DNA of 64,000 bases from an uncultured Poribacteria bacterium (lineage in GTDB: Bacteria > Poribacteria > WGA-4E > WGA-3G): contig OX638351.1 of NCBI GenBank assembly GCA_951813565.1, positions 1,152,001 through 1,216,000 on the forward strand. Reading direction: 5' to 3'. The notes beneath the pieces are model-generated. The model was not told the origin of the DNA, did no database searches, and saw only the letters and a program-made list of their open reading frames with translations. A program made the position numbers and the translations under genes. Position 1 is the stretch's first letter; every line of letters starts with the position of its first letter. This document shows positions 10,481 to 20,913 of the stretch, piece by piece.

Positions 10481-10509
10481 TTGACGGTTCTGGCACTTTA
10501 TGATATATT
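10481..10509 (+). promoter_or_regulatory. Sigma70-type promoter for the rhodanese gene
   Basis: TTGACG-N17-TATATT with extended -10 TG. Confidence 0.55.
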
Positions 10510-10585
10510 TTTACATATTGACTGGTTTACAAACTACGCCAAATTTCCTTAAGTCAATAGACTCTTAACTCTTTGGAGGACAACT

Positions 10586-10951
10586 ATGCCATTAAAAACC
10601 CTAAAAGAACTTGTCGCTGAAGCAAAAGCGAATGTTGGACATATTTCACCTGATGAGCTTACAGAAGCAGGTGATTCTGTCATCTTATTAGATGTTCGTG
10701 ACGAACCGGACTATGACGAAGAACACTTACCAAATGCAGTTTCACTCCCTCGCGGTTACCTTGAACTTGATATAGACGAGGTCGCTCCTGATGGAGATAC
10801 ACACATCGTAACGTACTGCGGCGGTGGAACCCGTGCAACGCTTTCGGCACAGACCTTAAAAAATATGGGTTATGAGAATGTTTCAGTCTTAACAGGTGGT
10901 TTCCGCGGTTGGAAAGCAGCAGGTCTGACGACTGAAAAATCCGATCAGTAA
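10586..10951 (+). CDS. Rhodanese-like sulfurtransferase
   Basis: LLDVRDEPDYDEEHLPNA; active-site loop YCGGGTRA. Confidence 0.9.
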   Translation: MPLKTLKELVAEAKANVGHISPDELTEAGDSVILLDVRDEPDYDEEHLPNAVSLPRGYLELDIDEVAPDGDTHIVTYCGGGTRATLSAQTLKNMGYENVSVLTGGFRGWKAAGLTTEKSDQ

Positions 10952-11076
10952 ACCATCACATATTAAGTTAGCATAATTAGGATACCTTGTCAATTTCTGA
11001 GTTTCTTGTAGTTAAGGCGATTCGTTTCGCAACGTATTCGCCTTCAACACAAAAACAGATACGAATGGAGAAAAGG

Positions 11077-12147
11077 ATGCTACATGTCTCTATGAATCGT
11101 TTCAGCTTGTTGAATGTGTTAAAGAAATATATCCCATTGGGGTTTTTCATTCTCGCTTTCTTTATTTGTGGTTGTGATGGGATGAAAAAGCAGCAGCTAA
11201 ACATCTTTACTTGGTCAGGGTACGTCAGTGAAGAGATACGTTCAGGATTTGAGGATGAGTTCGGTGTGAATGTCATTGTAGATACTTTTGGTGCCAATGA
11301 AGATCTACTTGCTAAGTTATCTGCTGGTGCAACAGGTTATGACATTATTATGCCATCAGATTATATGGTTTCTATCATGATAAAGGAAAACTTATTAGCA
11401 GAGTTGAATCGCGAGAACATTCCTAACTTTCAGAACATCAGTCCACTTTTTCTTGGTAAGTACTACGATCCAGAAAACCGCTATTCTGTGCCATATACCT
11501 TCGGCACTGCAGGTATCGCCTACGATTCATCTAAGGTTTCATCTGATCCTGAAAGTTGGTCGGTACTTTGGGATGAAAAATATAAGAATCAATTCAGTAT
11601 GCTTGATGACCAACGTGAGACACTTGGTGTCGCCTTTAAACTTCTCGGATATAGCATCAATACAACCGATCCTGAACAACTTAGACAAGCAAAAGAGAAA
11701 TTAATTGAACAGAGACCGATCGTTAAACAGTACAAGAGCGAAGCTGAAGAGCTGCTTATTGCGGGCGATGTCATTATGGCGCATTGCTGGAGTGGCGACG
11801 CGTTTCGCGCTGCAGCGGAGCGTCCTTCCATCCGCTATGTGATTCCAAAAGAAGGGTCAAGCCAATTTATTGACACCGTCTGTATTCCAAAATCCGCCCC
11901 ACATAAAGATCTTGCCGAAAAGTTTATTAATTATCTCCTCCGTCCAGAGGTCAATGCCAAAATTACTGCTTTTACCAAATATGGTACTTGTGTCACAGCT
12001 GCCAAAGAACACTTGCCAGAAGATCTGCAGAAACATAAATTTATCTATCCGCCAGCAGAAGTTATGGAGTCCCTTGAATGGTTGAAAGACCAAGGTGAGT
12101 TTACACAACAATACAGCCGCGCATGGGACGAAATTAAGGCAAGATAA
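11077..12147 (+). CDS. potD: Spermidine/putrescine ABC transporter substrate-binding lipoprotein
   Basis: LNIFTWSGY, GYDIIMPSDY, YDPENRYSVPY and PKEGS motifs; lipobox-like ICGC. Start uncertain (10987-11092). Confidence 0.85.
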   Translation: MLHVSMNRFSLLNVLKKYIPLGFFILAFFICGCDGMKKQQLNIFTWSGYVSEEIRSGFEDEFGVNVIVDTFGANEDLLAKLSAGATGYDIIMPSDYMVSIMIKENLLAELNRENIPNFQNISPLFLGKYYDPENRYSVPYTFGTAGIAYDSSKVSSDPESWSVLWDEKYKNQFSMLDDQRETLGVAFKLLGYSINTTDPEQLRQAKEKLIEQRPIVKQYKSEAEELLIAGDVIMAHCWSGDAFRAAAERPSIRYVIPKEGSSQFIDTVCIPKSAPHKDLAEKFINYLLRPEVNAKITAFTKYGTCVTAAKEHLPEDLQKHKFIYPPAEVMESLEWLKDQGEFTQQYSRAWDEIKAR

Positions 12148-12511
12148 ATTAGAATTCGCCCCACAAATATTTGTGGAATGCGTTATTAAGTGTGACTCTT
12201 TTTACGTCCTCCCGATCTTTTTGTAGCTACCTATTTTATTACATCCACTTTTCCTGAAGAAAACTCATTCTATATACAACTATAAAATAGGAAAGTTACA
12301 AACTTTAACCTCATAAAGAAAAGTACTATGCGGAAAAGTAGAATGTATCTCATAATATTGTAGGGCGAGGTCTCTGTGTCTCGCCGTATCTTGGCAAGAA
12401 AACAACGGGCGGGCACAGAGACCCGTCCTTACAATTTAAGATTTGAATTTCTGAAAGAAATCAGATATACAATCTATGAGATAGATTGTAGTTTGATAAA
12501 GAGGAAATGTC

Positions 12512-14093
12512 GTGAAATTCCGAAAAACGTTGAAATTCATGGTTCAAAATCCGTCCACATTTTTCCTATGTTATTTATAGTAAAATTCACAATTACCTTT
12601 ACATTGGCGAGGTTAGGAAACCTCGCCAGCGCATGCGTGTGGGAATTGCTGTTCATTGAAATGTGAACATATTATTGGATTTTACTATAATATGCTGGAT
12701 TTTCTTTTCTGCTTTACACACCTTAACAGACGACCCTTTCATATATGGGACCTTACCTGATGTAGATGAGGAGGTAAAGAATTCCACAAACCACTTACCT
12801 TGGTCGCTATGGAAACTACTTTCTGCACTATCTCTTATCATTGAGGAAATCGTAAGTGATTTGTCACCTATTGAAAGAAGTTGGATTGCCTTAGTTCCTG
12901 CTCTAATCTTGGTTTACATAGAAGCAAGGGGAAATGTAAACGGTATAGCCAACGAAAGAAAGGAGTGGATGAATTGGTACGGTCAGCAACAAAAAGCAAA
13001 GGAATTAGGGAACAGTTATGAAGTGCCACCCGTAATGAATAACGATCAGGATGAATCCTATTTCATTAAAGCCCATAAAGTAATTCTATTTAGACTTCGT
13101 TCCCCCAAACGTCTATTTGTCCATTTTGGATACTGGGCTGCTTTTTTGCTTTTCGTAGCCGTCATTCTGTTTATCAACGATGGAATTGTAGTGACCGTTC
13201 AATACATTATAAAGGACCTTCATGTATTGGTTATACTTGCGGCAATACTTGCGCCCATCTCATGTTACTTTGAGACAAGGGGATTTTTGAAAGGGATTGC
13301 TGCTGAAAGCCGAATGTGGATTGAGTGGTATAATCGACAGTGGGCTGCTATAAAACTTGGTGCTGATTTTGAGGAACCACCATCATCCCCAAAAATGAGG
13401 GTTGAATCATATTCCAAGACGTTAGCAGAAACAGTCGTATTCATGCTACGAAACCCGAGATCGTTTTTCATACATTTTATGTCTTGGGTCTTTGCCGTGC
13501 CTATGTTATTCATTTTCTTTGCAATCATTTTTAATTTTTACGAAAATTTGACTATTCCATCACTGCAGGAAGTTGTGGAAATTTATTTCGAATTTTGTAT
13601 ACCTCTTACAATTTTTGCTGTTATCATCAGTTATCAAGAGGCGAAAGGAAATTTAAAAGGCGTTGTGTCTGAACAGCAGGTGTGGAATAGGTGGTATACA
13701 CGGCAACAAGCAGTTCCGCAGGATAATCCTTTTGAAGAATTGTCTTCATTTGCAAACAAGCAGCCTGATACATATTTTTTGACTGCTGAAAGGACATTGC
13801 TATCTATGCTCCGCAAACCACAGCAATTTATCCTTCACTTAATTTGTTGGATATCCGGTTTTGTGGTAGTATATGGAATCACAGACCTGTTCGTTATTGA
13901 AGAAATGCCTGATACTGTGCAGATTCTGCTTGTCATAACACTTGCATTCATCTCATGCTACCAAAGGATAAAAGGCAATATGAATGGAACTAATTCACAG
14001 CGGCGGGCATGGATGGACTGGTATAACCGACAGCAGCAAGCAGAAGACGGTTTACAACCTACTGAGTCTCCGCCAATGTTAGGGGTTTTTTAA
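12512..14093 (+). pseudogene. Three-repeat membrane protein interrupted near its N-terminus by a MITE (residual ORF 12663..14093)
   Basis: GTG at 12512 after GAGGA reads MKFRKTLKFMVQNPSTFFLCYL, then stops inside the MITE. Removing the MITE restores ...CYLICWIFF in frame, matching repeat 3 (FILHLICWISG). Three about 155-aa units each end in WxxWYxxQ. Confidence 0.75.
12578..12687. mobile_element. 110-bp MITE, TA target duplication (IS630/Tc1-like)
   Basis: TA|tagtaaaatt ... gattttacta|TA; internal hairpin ggcgaggttaggaaacctcgcc. Confidence 0.75.
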
Positions 14094-14139
14094 CACCCGC
14101 GACAATAGACATAATGATATATAATATTCTTGTTTGTTT

Positions 14140-14174
14140 ACGCACCAGAATAAAAACTGGTGCGTTTTGTTTTT
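14140..14174 (+). terminator. Rho-independent terminator
   Basis: acgcaccag-loop-ctggtgcgt followed by a T-rich tract after the stop at 14093. Confidence 0.7.
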
Positions 14175-14241
14175 GAACTAAAGCTAAAAATGATTGACTA
14201 CAAAATCGAAAATAGGTAATATATGAATGTTATAACTAATT

Positions 14242-14586
14242 GAGGGGTGTGCATAAATAATTCCGATGTTAAATATGCGCTTAAAGGTAGTCCGCACACG
14301 CCGTGGGTTTCCGTCCACAAGTTCAAAGAGGCGCAGCATGCCACACGGGGAATGCCATAAGGCATTCGGACCCGGTGAATGACTAAAGACGAATGCGCTT
14401 GGTAGAATACGCTTTTGGTATTCTACATGATTCGCCATGATTCATACCGTTGATTTCTTGATTTGGCGCATGCTGCGTTGATTTGGCAATGAATTGCGCG
14501 ACTACAAACGCATTTCTATAAATCAAGCGGCACTTGGCGTCTGTCCCTGTCTGTGTTGATGCGCCAAATATTTATGCACACCCCTC
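14242..14586. mobile_element. 345-bp non-autonomous element (IS256-like ends)
   Basis: Perfect 18-bp TIR gaggggtgtgcataaata / tatttatgcacacccctc; perfect 8-bp TSD aactaatt; no transposase. Confidence 0.85.
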
Positions 14587-14610
14587 AACTAATTCTGAGG
14601 AAGCAAACCC

Positions 14611-14985
14611 ATGAAAAAAACACTGCTTTTTATGATGCACAACATTTCAGTGAAGGATATTATTTTTGGTGTTACAGTATGGATTTCCGGTGCACTAATT
14701 GTAACCATTCTATCTGAACTTATAGAGGGTTGGTCAGGTATTTCTAACATGATTTTTGCACTTAGCAAGAGTCTTACTATTATTGGTTTAGTTGCTTTCT
14801 TTTGCACCTACTCAAAGGCAAAAGGCAAAATGCAGGGCATTTTAGATGGCATTGCCACGGAGCGGAAGACGTGGAGAGATTGGTATAAACAACATCAAGA
14901 AGAAGTAAAATCACATGGAATTACATTTGAGACACCATCGTCATCAATGTTGCAGTGCCCTCATTGTGGAGGGAACCACGATTAA
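14611..14985 (+). CDS. Single-unit paralog of the repeat membrane protein
   Basis: KTLLFM..., 2 TM, AKGKMQG...ERKTWRDWYKQHQ matches the repeat unit; ends in CPHC. Confidence 0.75.
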   Translation: MKKTLLFMMHNISVKDIIFGVTVWISGALIVTILSELIEGWSGISNMIFALSKSLTIIGLVAFFCTYSKAKGKMQGILDGIATERKTWRDWYKQHQEEVKSHGITFETPSSSMLQCPHCGGNHD

Positions 14986-15012
14986 TTCTCGGTAAATCTA
15001 AAGGAGGAACAA

Positions 15013-16410
15013 TTGAGTAGACCGAATATACTATTTGTAATGTCAGACGACCATGCATCTCACGCGATGAGTTGCTACGGGAGTCGTATTAACAAAACCC
15101 CACACCTTGACCGAATTGCAGATGGCGGTATGATTTTCCAAAACTGTTTCTGCGTAAACTCGATCTGTACACCGAGTCGTGCAAACATCTTGACTGGTTT
15201 GCATAGTCATCTCAACGGTGTCAAGACATTAGGTGACCCACTTGATGGTAGAAAACCGAATGTGGCGAAGATGCTTCAAGCGAGCGGTTATCAAACGGCT
15301 ATGGTCGGGAAATGGCATCTCGGTCATGGTGGCAATGCTGATCCAACTGGATTTGACTATTGGAACGTCCTTCCCGGACAAGGGAGTTATTATGATCCAG
15401 TGATGATAGAAGAGGATGGTAGAAAACAGCATGAAGGGTATGCTACCGACATCATCACAGATTTCTCATTGGAATGGCTGCAGAATCGGGATAAAGATCA
15501 GCCGTTTTTCCTGATGTGTCATCACAAAGCACCACACCGTCCGTGGGATTCAGACGAAAAACATGCACACATGTTTGAAGATGGTGATGTTCCGATGCCA
15601 GATAACTTCTTTGACGATTATGCTAATCGTTCAAACGCCGCAAAGGAAGCGAAAATGCGGGTTTTCGGTCACATGAATGACAGAGATCTGAAGATTGAAA
15701 AACTGGGGCCGCCGCCCGAAGGCTTATCTGATGAAGAGTTAGCAAACTGGCAGTATCAACGTTACATCAAGGAATATTTGCGATGTGTAGCGTCAATTGA
15801 TGACAATGTTGGAAGGTTGCTTGATTATCTTGATGCAGATGGCGTTGCTGACGATACAATGGTCATTTATACGTCCGACCAAGGTTTCTTCTTAGGCGAC
15901 CACGGTTGGTACGACAAACGATTTATGTATGAAGAATCGCTACGTATGCCGTTTATTGTCCGTTATCCGCGTGCCGTTGGTGCTGGTAGTTCCACACATG
16001 CGATGGCTCTGAATATTGATTTTGCTGAAACATGGCTTGATTATGCAGGATTGCAAATTCCTGATGATATGCAGGGAAGTAGTCTGCGTCCAATATTTGA
16101 GGGTGAAACGCCGGACGATTGGCGAGAGTCTATGTATTATCGTTACTGGATGCACCTCTCTCATCACCATGTTCCCGCTCACTACGGTATTCGGACACAT
16201 CGTTACAAACTGATCTATTATTACGGAGAAGCTCTCGGTACATCCGGCTCCGTTAACCAGTCGACAGAACCAGAATGGGAACTTTTTGACCTTGAAAAAG
16301 ACCCTAACGAAATGTGCAGTGTTTATGACGATCCTGCTTATGCTGATGTCGTCAAGGAATTGACTGCGGAGTTATACCGCCTTAAAGAAGAGGCTATGGA
16401 CGACGAGTAG
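15013..16410 (+). CDS. Sulfatase (formylglycine-dependent)
   Basis: PNILFVMSDDH, CTPSRA, GKWHLG and YTSDQG motifs. Confidence 0.95.
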   Translation: MSRPNILFVMSDDHASHAMSCYGSRINKTPHLDRIADGGMIFQNCFCVNSICTPSRANILTGLHSHLNGVKTLGDPLDGRKPNVAKMLQASGYQTAMVGKWHLGHGGNADPTGFDYWNVLPGQGSYYDPVMIEEDGRKQHEGYATDIITDFSLEWLQNRDKDQPFFLMCHHKAPHRPWDSDEKHAHMFEDGDVPMPDNFFDDYANRSNAAKEAKMRVFGHMNDRDLKIEKLGPPPEGLSDEELANWQYQRYIKEYLRCVASIDDNVGRLLDYLDADGVADDTMVIYTSDQGFFLGDHGWYDKRFMYEESLRMPFIVRYPRAVGAGSSTHAMALNIDFAETWLDYAGLQIPDDMQGSSLRPIFEGETPDDWRESMYYRYWMHLSHHHVPAHYGIRTHRYKLIYYYGEALGTSGSVNQSTEPEWELFDLEKDPNEMCSVYDDPAYADVVKELTAELYRLKEEAMDDE

Positions 16411-16458
16411 GTAATTGTTTTCTTGTGTCTGTTAAAAGATTACAAAAGGAGGCATAAA

Positions 16459-17478
16459 ATGAAAAATGGCAATCCACTGAAAAATATTGAACCCGGAATG
16501 AAAGTTACGGCACAGATGTCCCCTGAACCGAGCGAAGCAGACTTACAGTTCGCAAAACAGATGGATGTGGAGTATGTTGTTCTCTGGACGAACGGTGCAA
16601 ATGCCAATTACGATTACTTCATGAGCCGCCGTGAAATTTTTGAGAATGCGGGCTTAAAGATTTATGGTTTTGGCAATAGCGATGTCCATAATCAGGATGG
16701 GATTGTGCTAAACTTAGAAAATCGTGATGCTAAGATTGAACAGTATAAAAAGTACATCCGTGATTTGGGTAGAGCAGGGATTCCGTATACAACGTATGCT
16801 CACATGGGCAACGGTATCTGGAGTACTGAACGCGAGACAACCCGTGGTGGTGCAAGCGCACGCGCATTCAATCTTAAGACTGCACAGGAAGGACATTGGG
16901 GTGGTCAAAAATTTGGGATGCCGCTTTCGCACGGACGTGAATATAGTGAGGAGGAAATTTGGGATAACTATACCTACTTCATCAAACAGGCTGCGCCGGT
17001 TGCTGAAGAAGCAGGTGTGATGATCGGTATCCATCCTGATGACCCGCCCGCTCTACATCTTGCTGGAATTCCCAGATGCATCTTCAGTAGTTTTGAGGGC
17101 TACAAACGTGCGCTTGAAATTGCTGACAGCCCGAATGTTGGAATGTGTTTCTGTGTAGGATGTTGGCTTGAAGGTGGCGACTTGATGGGTAAAGATGTAC
17201 TTGAATCTATCCGCTACTTTGGGGAACGTAGCAAGATTTTCAAAGTCCATTTCCGAAACGTTGATCAACCGCTACCGCATTTTGTTGAGACATTTGTGGA
17301 TAATGGGTATCAAGATATGTATCACGTGGCAAAAGTGCTCCGCGAGGTTGACTTCAATGGTGTCCTAATTCCAGACCATATTCCGAGCATGGCAGGCGAC
17401 CATCGTGTTGGCACAGCATATACCATTGCATACATGAACGCCCTTGTAAAACGTGCGAATGAAGAAGTTGCGGCATAG
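16459..17478 (+). CDS. uxuA: Mannonate dehydratase family protein
   Basis: IHPDDPP, VHFRNV, F.ETF.DNG and PDHIP motifs; AGGAGG SD before ATG at 16459. Confidence 0.85.
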   Translation: MKNGNPLKNIEPGMKVTAQMSPEPSEADLQFAKQMDVEYVVLWTNGANANYDYFMSRREIFENAGLKIYGFGNSDVHNQDGIVLNLENRDAKIEQYKKYIRDLGRAGIPYTTYAHMGNGIWSTERETTRGGASARAFNLKTAQEGHWGGQKFGMPLSHGREYSEEEIWDNYTYFIKQAAPVAEEAGVMIGIHPDDPPALHLAGIPRCIFSSFEGYKRALEIADSPNVGMCFCVGCWLEGGDLMGKDVLESIRYFGERSKIFKVHFRNVDQPLPHFVETFVDNGYQDMYHVAKVLREVDFNGVLIPDHIPSMAGDHRVGTAYTIAYMNALVKRANEEVAA

Positions 17479-17537
17479 TAGCATAGTAGCAAAGTTTATT
17501 CATCAAATTCTATTTTTTCAGATAGGGGAGTTTAATT

Positions 17538-18101
17538 GTGAAAAAGAGTTTCGTTGCATTTCGTATGACAACTTGTTTTCTAATTTGTGGTTTAATTGCT
17601 TTGATCGGTTGTGAAAAAGTCCAAAAAACATTAACTACTCCGACTCCATCGAAGCAGGCGATTGCGATAATTAATCCAACAAGTGGAAGTACAGTAACCG
17701 GCATGGCAGTTTTTACCCTGACTGGTACGACAATCATGCTAAGTATTGAGATTAAGAATACACCTCCTGGTGTCCACGCAGTTCATATCCACGAAAACGG
17801 GGATTGCAGTTCTCCAGACGGGAAATCTGCTGGCGGGCATTGGAATCCTACTGAAGTCGCACATGGAAAGTGGGGCGAAGGTGAATTCCACTTGGGGGAC
17901 ATAGGAAATATAACTGTTGGCGATGACGGTACAGGTTCTATTGAATTGTCAACAGAACTTTGGGAAATTGGCATGGGTTCTATTCAAGATGTTGTTGGGA
18001 AAGGCATCATCGTTCATGCAGGTGCTGACGATTTTATGTCTCAACCTTCGGGAAACGCAGGTGCAAGAATTGGGTGCGGCGTGATTGAGTTGGCAGAATA
18101 A
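17538..18101 (+). CDS. sodC: Cu/Zn superoxide dismutase (lipoprotein)
   Basis: HAVHIHE, SAGGHWNP, HLGDIGNI and GNAGARIGCGVI. Confidence 0.95.
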   Translation: MKKSFVAFRMTTCFLICGLIALIGCEKVQKTLTTPTPSKQAIAIINPTSGSTVTGMAVFTLTGTTIMLSIEIKNTPPGVHAVHIHENGDCSSPDGKSAGGHWNPTEVAHGKWGEGEFHLGDIGNITVGDDGTGSIELSTELWEIGMGSIQDVVGKGIIVHAGADDFMSQPSGNAGARIGCGVIELAE

Positions 18102-18136
18102 ACCTGATAATTATTGTATGACAATTTACATTTTTC

Positions 18137-18165
18137 TTGCATTTTGAATTCAAAAATGCTATAAT
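18137..18165 (+). promoter_or_regulatory. Sigma70 promoter with overlapping palindromic operator
   Basis: TTGCAT-N17-TATAAT with TG; near-palindrome gcattttgaattcaaaaatgc spans the spacer. Confidence 0.6.
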
Positions 18166-18362
18166 TTCTGTAATTAGTTAATTGTGTGATTTGCATGTAT
18201 TTTTGCTATCACAATAATAAAGTATAATTTCGGCACAGCTAGCAAGCCGAATTAATAAATAATAGTTTTATTTTTATGTTGCTCAATTTGTGATTTGGGA
18301 AGCGCGCTTCTTACTCGAAAATATTCAAATTTGGGCATACTGAATAAGGAGATTTCATAGCT

Positions 18363-19091
18363 ATGAAAAAAATGACAATTTTTCTTACAATTGCTTTTGC
18401 GTGTATCGTCGTTGTACCAACGGCATTTGCGCAAAACTGGCAACCGGCTGGTGACCAATGGATTGAAAAATGGTGGGCTCTTGATTTAGTGATGAACACC
18501 GGTGGCTTTGGTCCATCTGCTGAGCGCGACTATCTCGCTGATGGGACCAATGGTGACATTACAAATGTGAATGCTTCAACTCGCTACGGTGCTGGACAGA
18601 CTGGCAGACGTGCTGTACACCTGCCCCCTGAGAACGGAGGCGTTCTTGCATGGGGAGTAGTGTCAATTGACATTGAAAGCCAAAACAATATGTCAACGAG
18701 TCGTGGCATTAATGATCTCAATAATATCACTTGGCATGGTATTATCCTCGTCTTGTCTCCGGATGACAGGACAACGACTATGTACCCTGCTCACGATGAT
18801 CATGCGGAAATTTGGCTCAATGGAGAAAAGGTTTATAACAACCCGGACTGGACTGGTGGTGCTCAAGTAGCGTCCCAACCCACAGAAATTGAACTCATTA
18901 AAGGTGAAAACTTCCTGCACTTCAAGTGCGGCGAAGGCGGTGGTGGGGATTACGTCAATCTTCGTTTTGATGAATCCGACGACGATCTTAAGATTGCACC
19001 AACACTGGATGGCCAATTCCTTGATGTTCTGACTCCTGTTGAACCAAGAGGCAAAGTGACAACAACTTGGGCAGATCTCAAGCGAAAATAA
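18363..19091 (+). CDS. Secreted beta-sandwich protein with Poribacteria-type C-terminal tail
   Basis: Signal peptide (AFA|Q), HDDHAEIWLNGEKV galactose-binding-like motif, tail PVEPRGKVTTTWADLKRK. Confidence 0.75.
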   Translation: MKKMTIFLTIAFACIVVVPTAFAQNWQPAGDQWIEKWWALDLVMNTGGFGPSAERDYLADGTNGDITNVNASTRYGAGQTGRRAVHLPPENGGVLAWGVVSIDIESQNNMSTSRGINDLNNITWHGIILVLSPDDRTTTMYPAHDDHAEIWLNGEKVYNNPDWTGGAQVASQPTEIELIKGENFLHFKCGEGGGGDYVNLRFDESDDDLKIAPTLDGQFLDVLTPVEPRGKVTTTWADLKRK

Positions 19092-19110
19092 TTGATAATA
19101 TTTTTTGAAT

Positions 19111-19151
19111 AACAAAAAACCCGTATCCGGAGAGGATACGGGTTTTTTGTT
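19111..19151 (+). terminator. Rho-independent (bidirectional) terminator
   Basis: aacaaaaaacccgtatcc-ggaga-ggatacgggttttttgtt. Confidence 0.85.
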
Positions 19152-19364
19152 TAATAATCCAAGTTAATACCTATAAGATTTTAGACACAAAGACGTCATT
19201 TCTAATAGAAAACAGTTCGTTATTGGTGAATATTGTAGCGCAAACTTTCAGTTTGCGTCCTAATACCAATTCTATAAATGAATTTCCCTTTTAAATTAGA
19301 ATATAAGAGGCGCAATAAATTGCGCGACTACGAACCAGCTATTTCTTAAAGGGATGTTATTTTA

Positions 19365-20823
19365 CAATACCTTCGCCAAAAATAATTGAATAAATAGGGC
19401 GTCTGTCCTAAAGTTATAACAGTTAACCATAACTTAGAAAGGACAATCGCCCATGTCAGAAATTATAGCACTGTTTACTGTTCTTAATCCATGTTTATCC
19501 GCAACGATGACGCGGCAGTTATGCCGAGTTGTATTCGCACTACTTGCGATGAGTGGTCGGGTAGCCATGTTAAATATCTCTCGTTGGACAACCCAAGGCG
19601 GTAGCTACCGCACCATACAACGCTTTTTCAACACTGTTATGCCTTGGACGACGATGTGTTGGATGTTTTTTCGCACGCATCTGTTTGATCGTGAAAGTGA
19701 CTACATCCTCACAGGAGACGAAGTGGTTGTGCCAAAAGCAGGAAAATCTACTTATGGTTTATCTCGTTTCTTTTCTTCATTGTATGGCAAAGCGGTCCCC
19801 GGTTTGTCGTTTTTAGCCGTGTCCTTAGTGAGTGTCAACCGAAGGCGTTCATACCCGATGGTTATGGAGCAAATCGTGCGTGGCACCTCATCGTCAAATC
19901 AAGGAGTTTGTGCTTCCGAACATCAGGACAACACCGAGACAGCAACACCAAGACATAAATGCGGGCGTCCAAAGGGAAGCCGAAACCGAAACAAAGACGA
20001 TGTCATGCTCAGCGATGTGTTGAAGCAACTTCAAACGATGGTCAAGGCGTTGCTAAAACTGGTTGGCAACTTGATCCCACTCCGTTATCTTGTGCTTGAT
20101 GGATACTTCGGACATAATAATGCGCTACAAATGACAAAGCAATGTGGACTACATCTCATTTCAAAACTACGCATAGATGCTGCGTTGTATCTGCCACCGA
20201 CGACACCTTACGCCGGACAAGGGCGCCCACGCATCTACGGAGAGCGTTTCACCCCACGACAGATTGACCCTAAGTATTGTGTTTCTGCCGACACACAGGG
20301 AAACCTGAGAACCGAAGTGTATCAAATGAACTTACGCCACAAAAAGTTCACAGACTTCCTAAATGTAGTTTGCGTTCTCAAAACGAACTTGACGACGAAA
20401 CAACAAGCACACGTTTTACTGTTCAGTTCTGATTTAGCGTTAGACGCTGAAAAACTGATTGATTATTATTCCCTCCGTTTTCAAATCGAGTTCAACTTCC
20501 GCGACGCAAAGCAATATTGGGGATTACAAGATTTTATGAATGTCAACAAGATACCAGTAAACAATGCAGCGAACCTCTCAATGTTTATGGTGAATGTGAG
20601 TGCTAAACTCATAGATACGCTCCGTTGTAAAAATACTGCGTCCAGTGTTTTAGACCTAAAAGCACGCTACCGAGGTTTGAAGTATTTACACGAAACATTA
20701 AAAATACTTCCGCAAAAACCTGAACCTATTGTTATTCAACAAATCGCACAACATTTGGGAACAATCGGTGCTATTCATCACACACAACCAAAACTGAACC
20801 CCGGATAATTGGCGAAGGTATTG
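19365..20823 (+). mobile_element. Intact insertion sequence (IS701/IS4-like), 1459 bp
   Basis: Perfect 15-bp TIR caataccttcgccaa / ttggcgaaggtattg; 6-bp TSD atttta on both sides; single transposase ORF. Confidence 0.92.
19453..20808 (+). CDS. DDE transposase
   Basis: GDEVV, VLDGYFG and YSLRFQIEFNFRDAKQ (YREK-like) motifs. Confidence 0.92.
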   Translation: MSEIIALFTVLNPCLSATMTRQLCRVVFALLAMSGRVAMLNISRWTTQGGSYRTIQRFFNTVMPWTTMCWMFFRTHLFDRESDYILTGDEVVVPKAGKSTYGLSRFFSSLYGKAVPGLSFLAVSLVSVNRRRSYPMVMEQIVRGTSSSNQGVCASEHQDNTETATPRHKCGRPKGSRNRNKDDVMLSDVLKQLQTMVKALLKLVGNLIPLRYLVLDGYFGHNNALQMTKQCGLHLISKLRIDAALYLPPTTPYAGQGRPRIYGERFTPRQIDPKYCVSADTQGNLRTEVYQMNLRHKKFTDFLNVVCVLKTNLTTKQQAHVLLFSSDLALDAEKLIDYYSLRFQIEFNFRDAKQYWGLQDFMNVNKIPVNNAANLSMFMVNVSAKLIDTLRCKNTASSVLDLKARYRGLKYLHETLKILPQKPEPIVIQQIAQHLGTIGAIHHTQPKLNPG

Positions 20824-20913
20824 ATTTTATAGAAATGGTATAATATGCACAAACTAAAAGTTTGTGCTACATAGATGACAACTTAGGTTTATAATAGATG
20901 TCAAAATAAACAG

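Noticed and set aside
12339..12491. Additional MITE around the REP doublet (aatgtatctcata / tatgagatagatt)
   Set aside because: Inverted ends are imperfect and no target duplication was found; not called separately.
14184..14438. ORF inside the IS256-like element as a transposase remnant
   Set aside because: No transposase motifs, and it crosses the element boundary.
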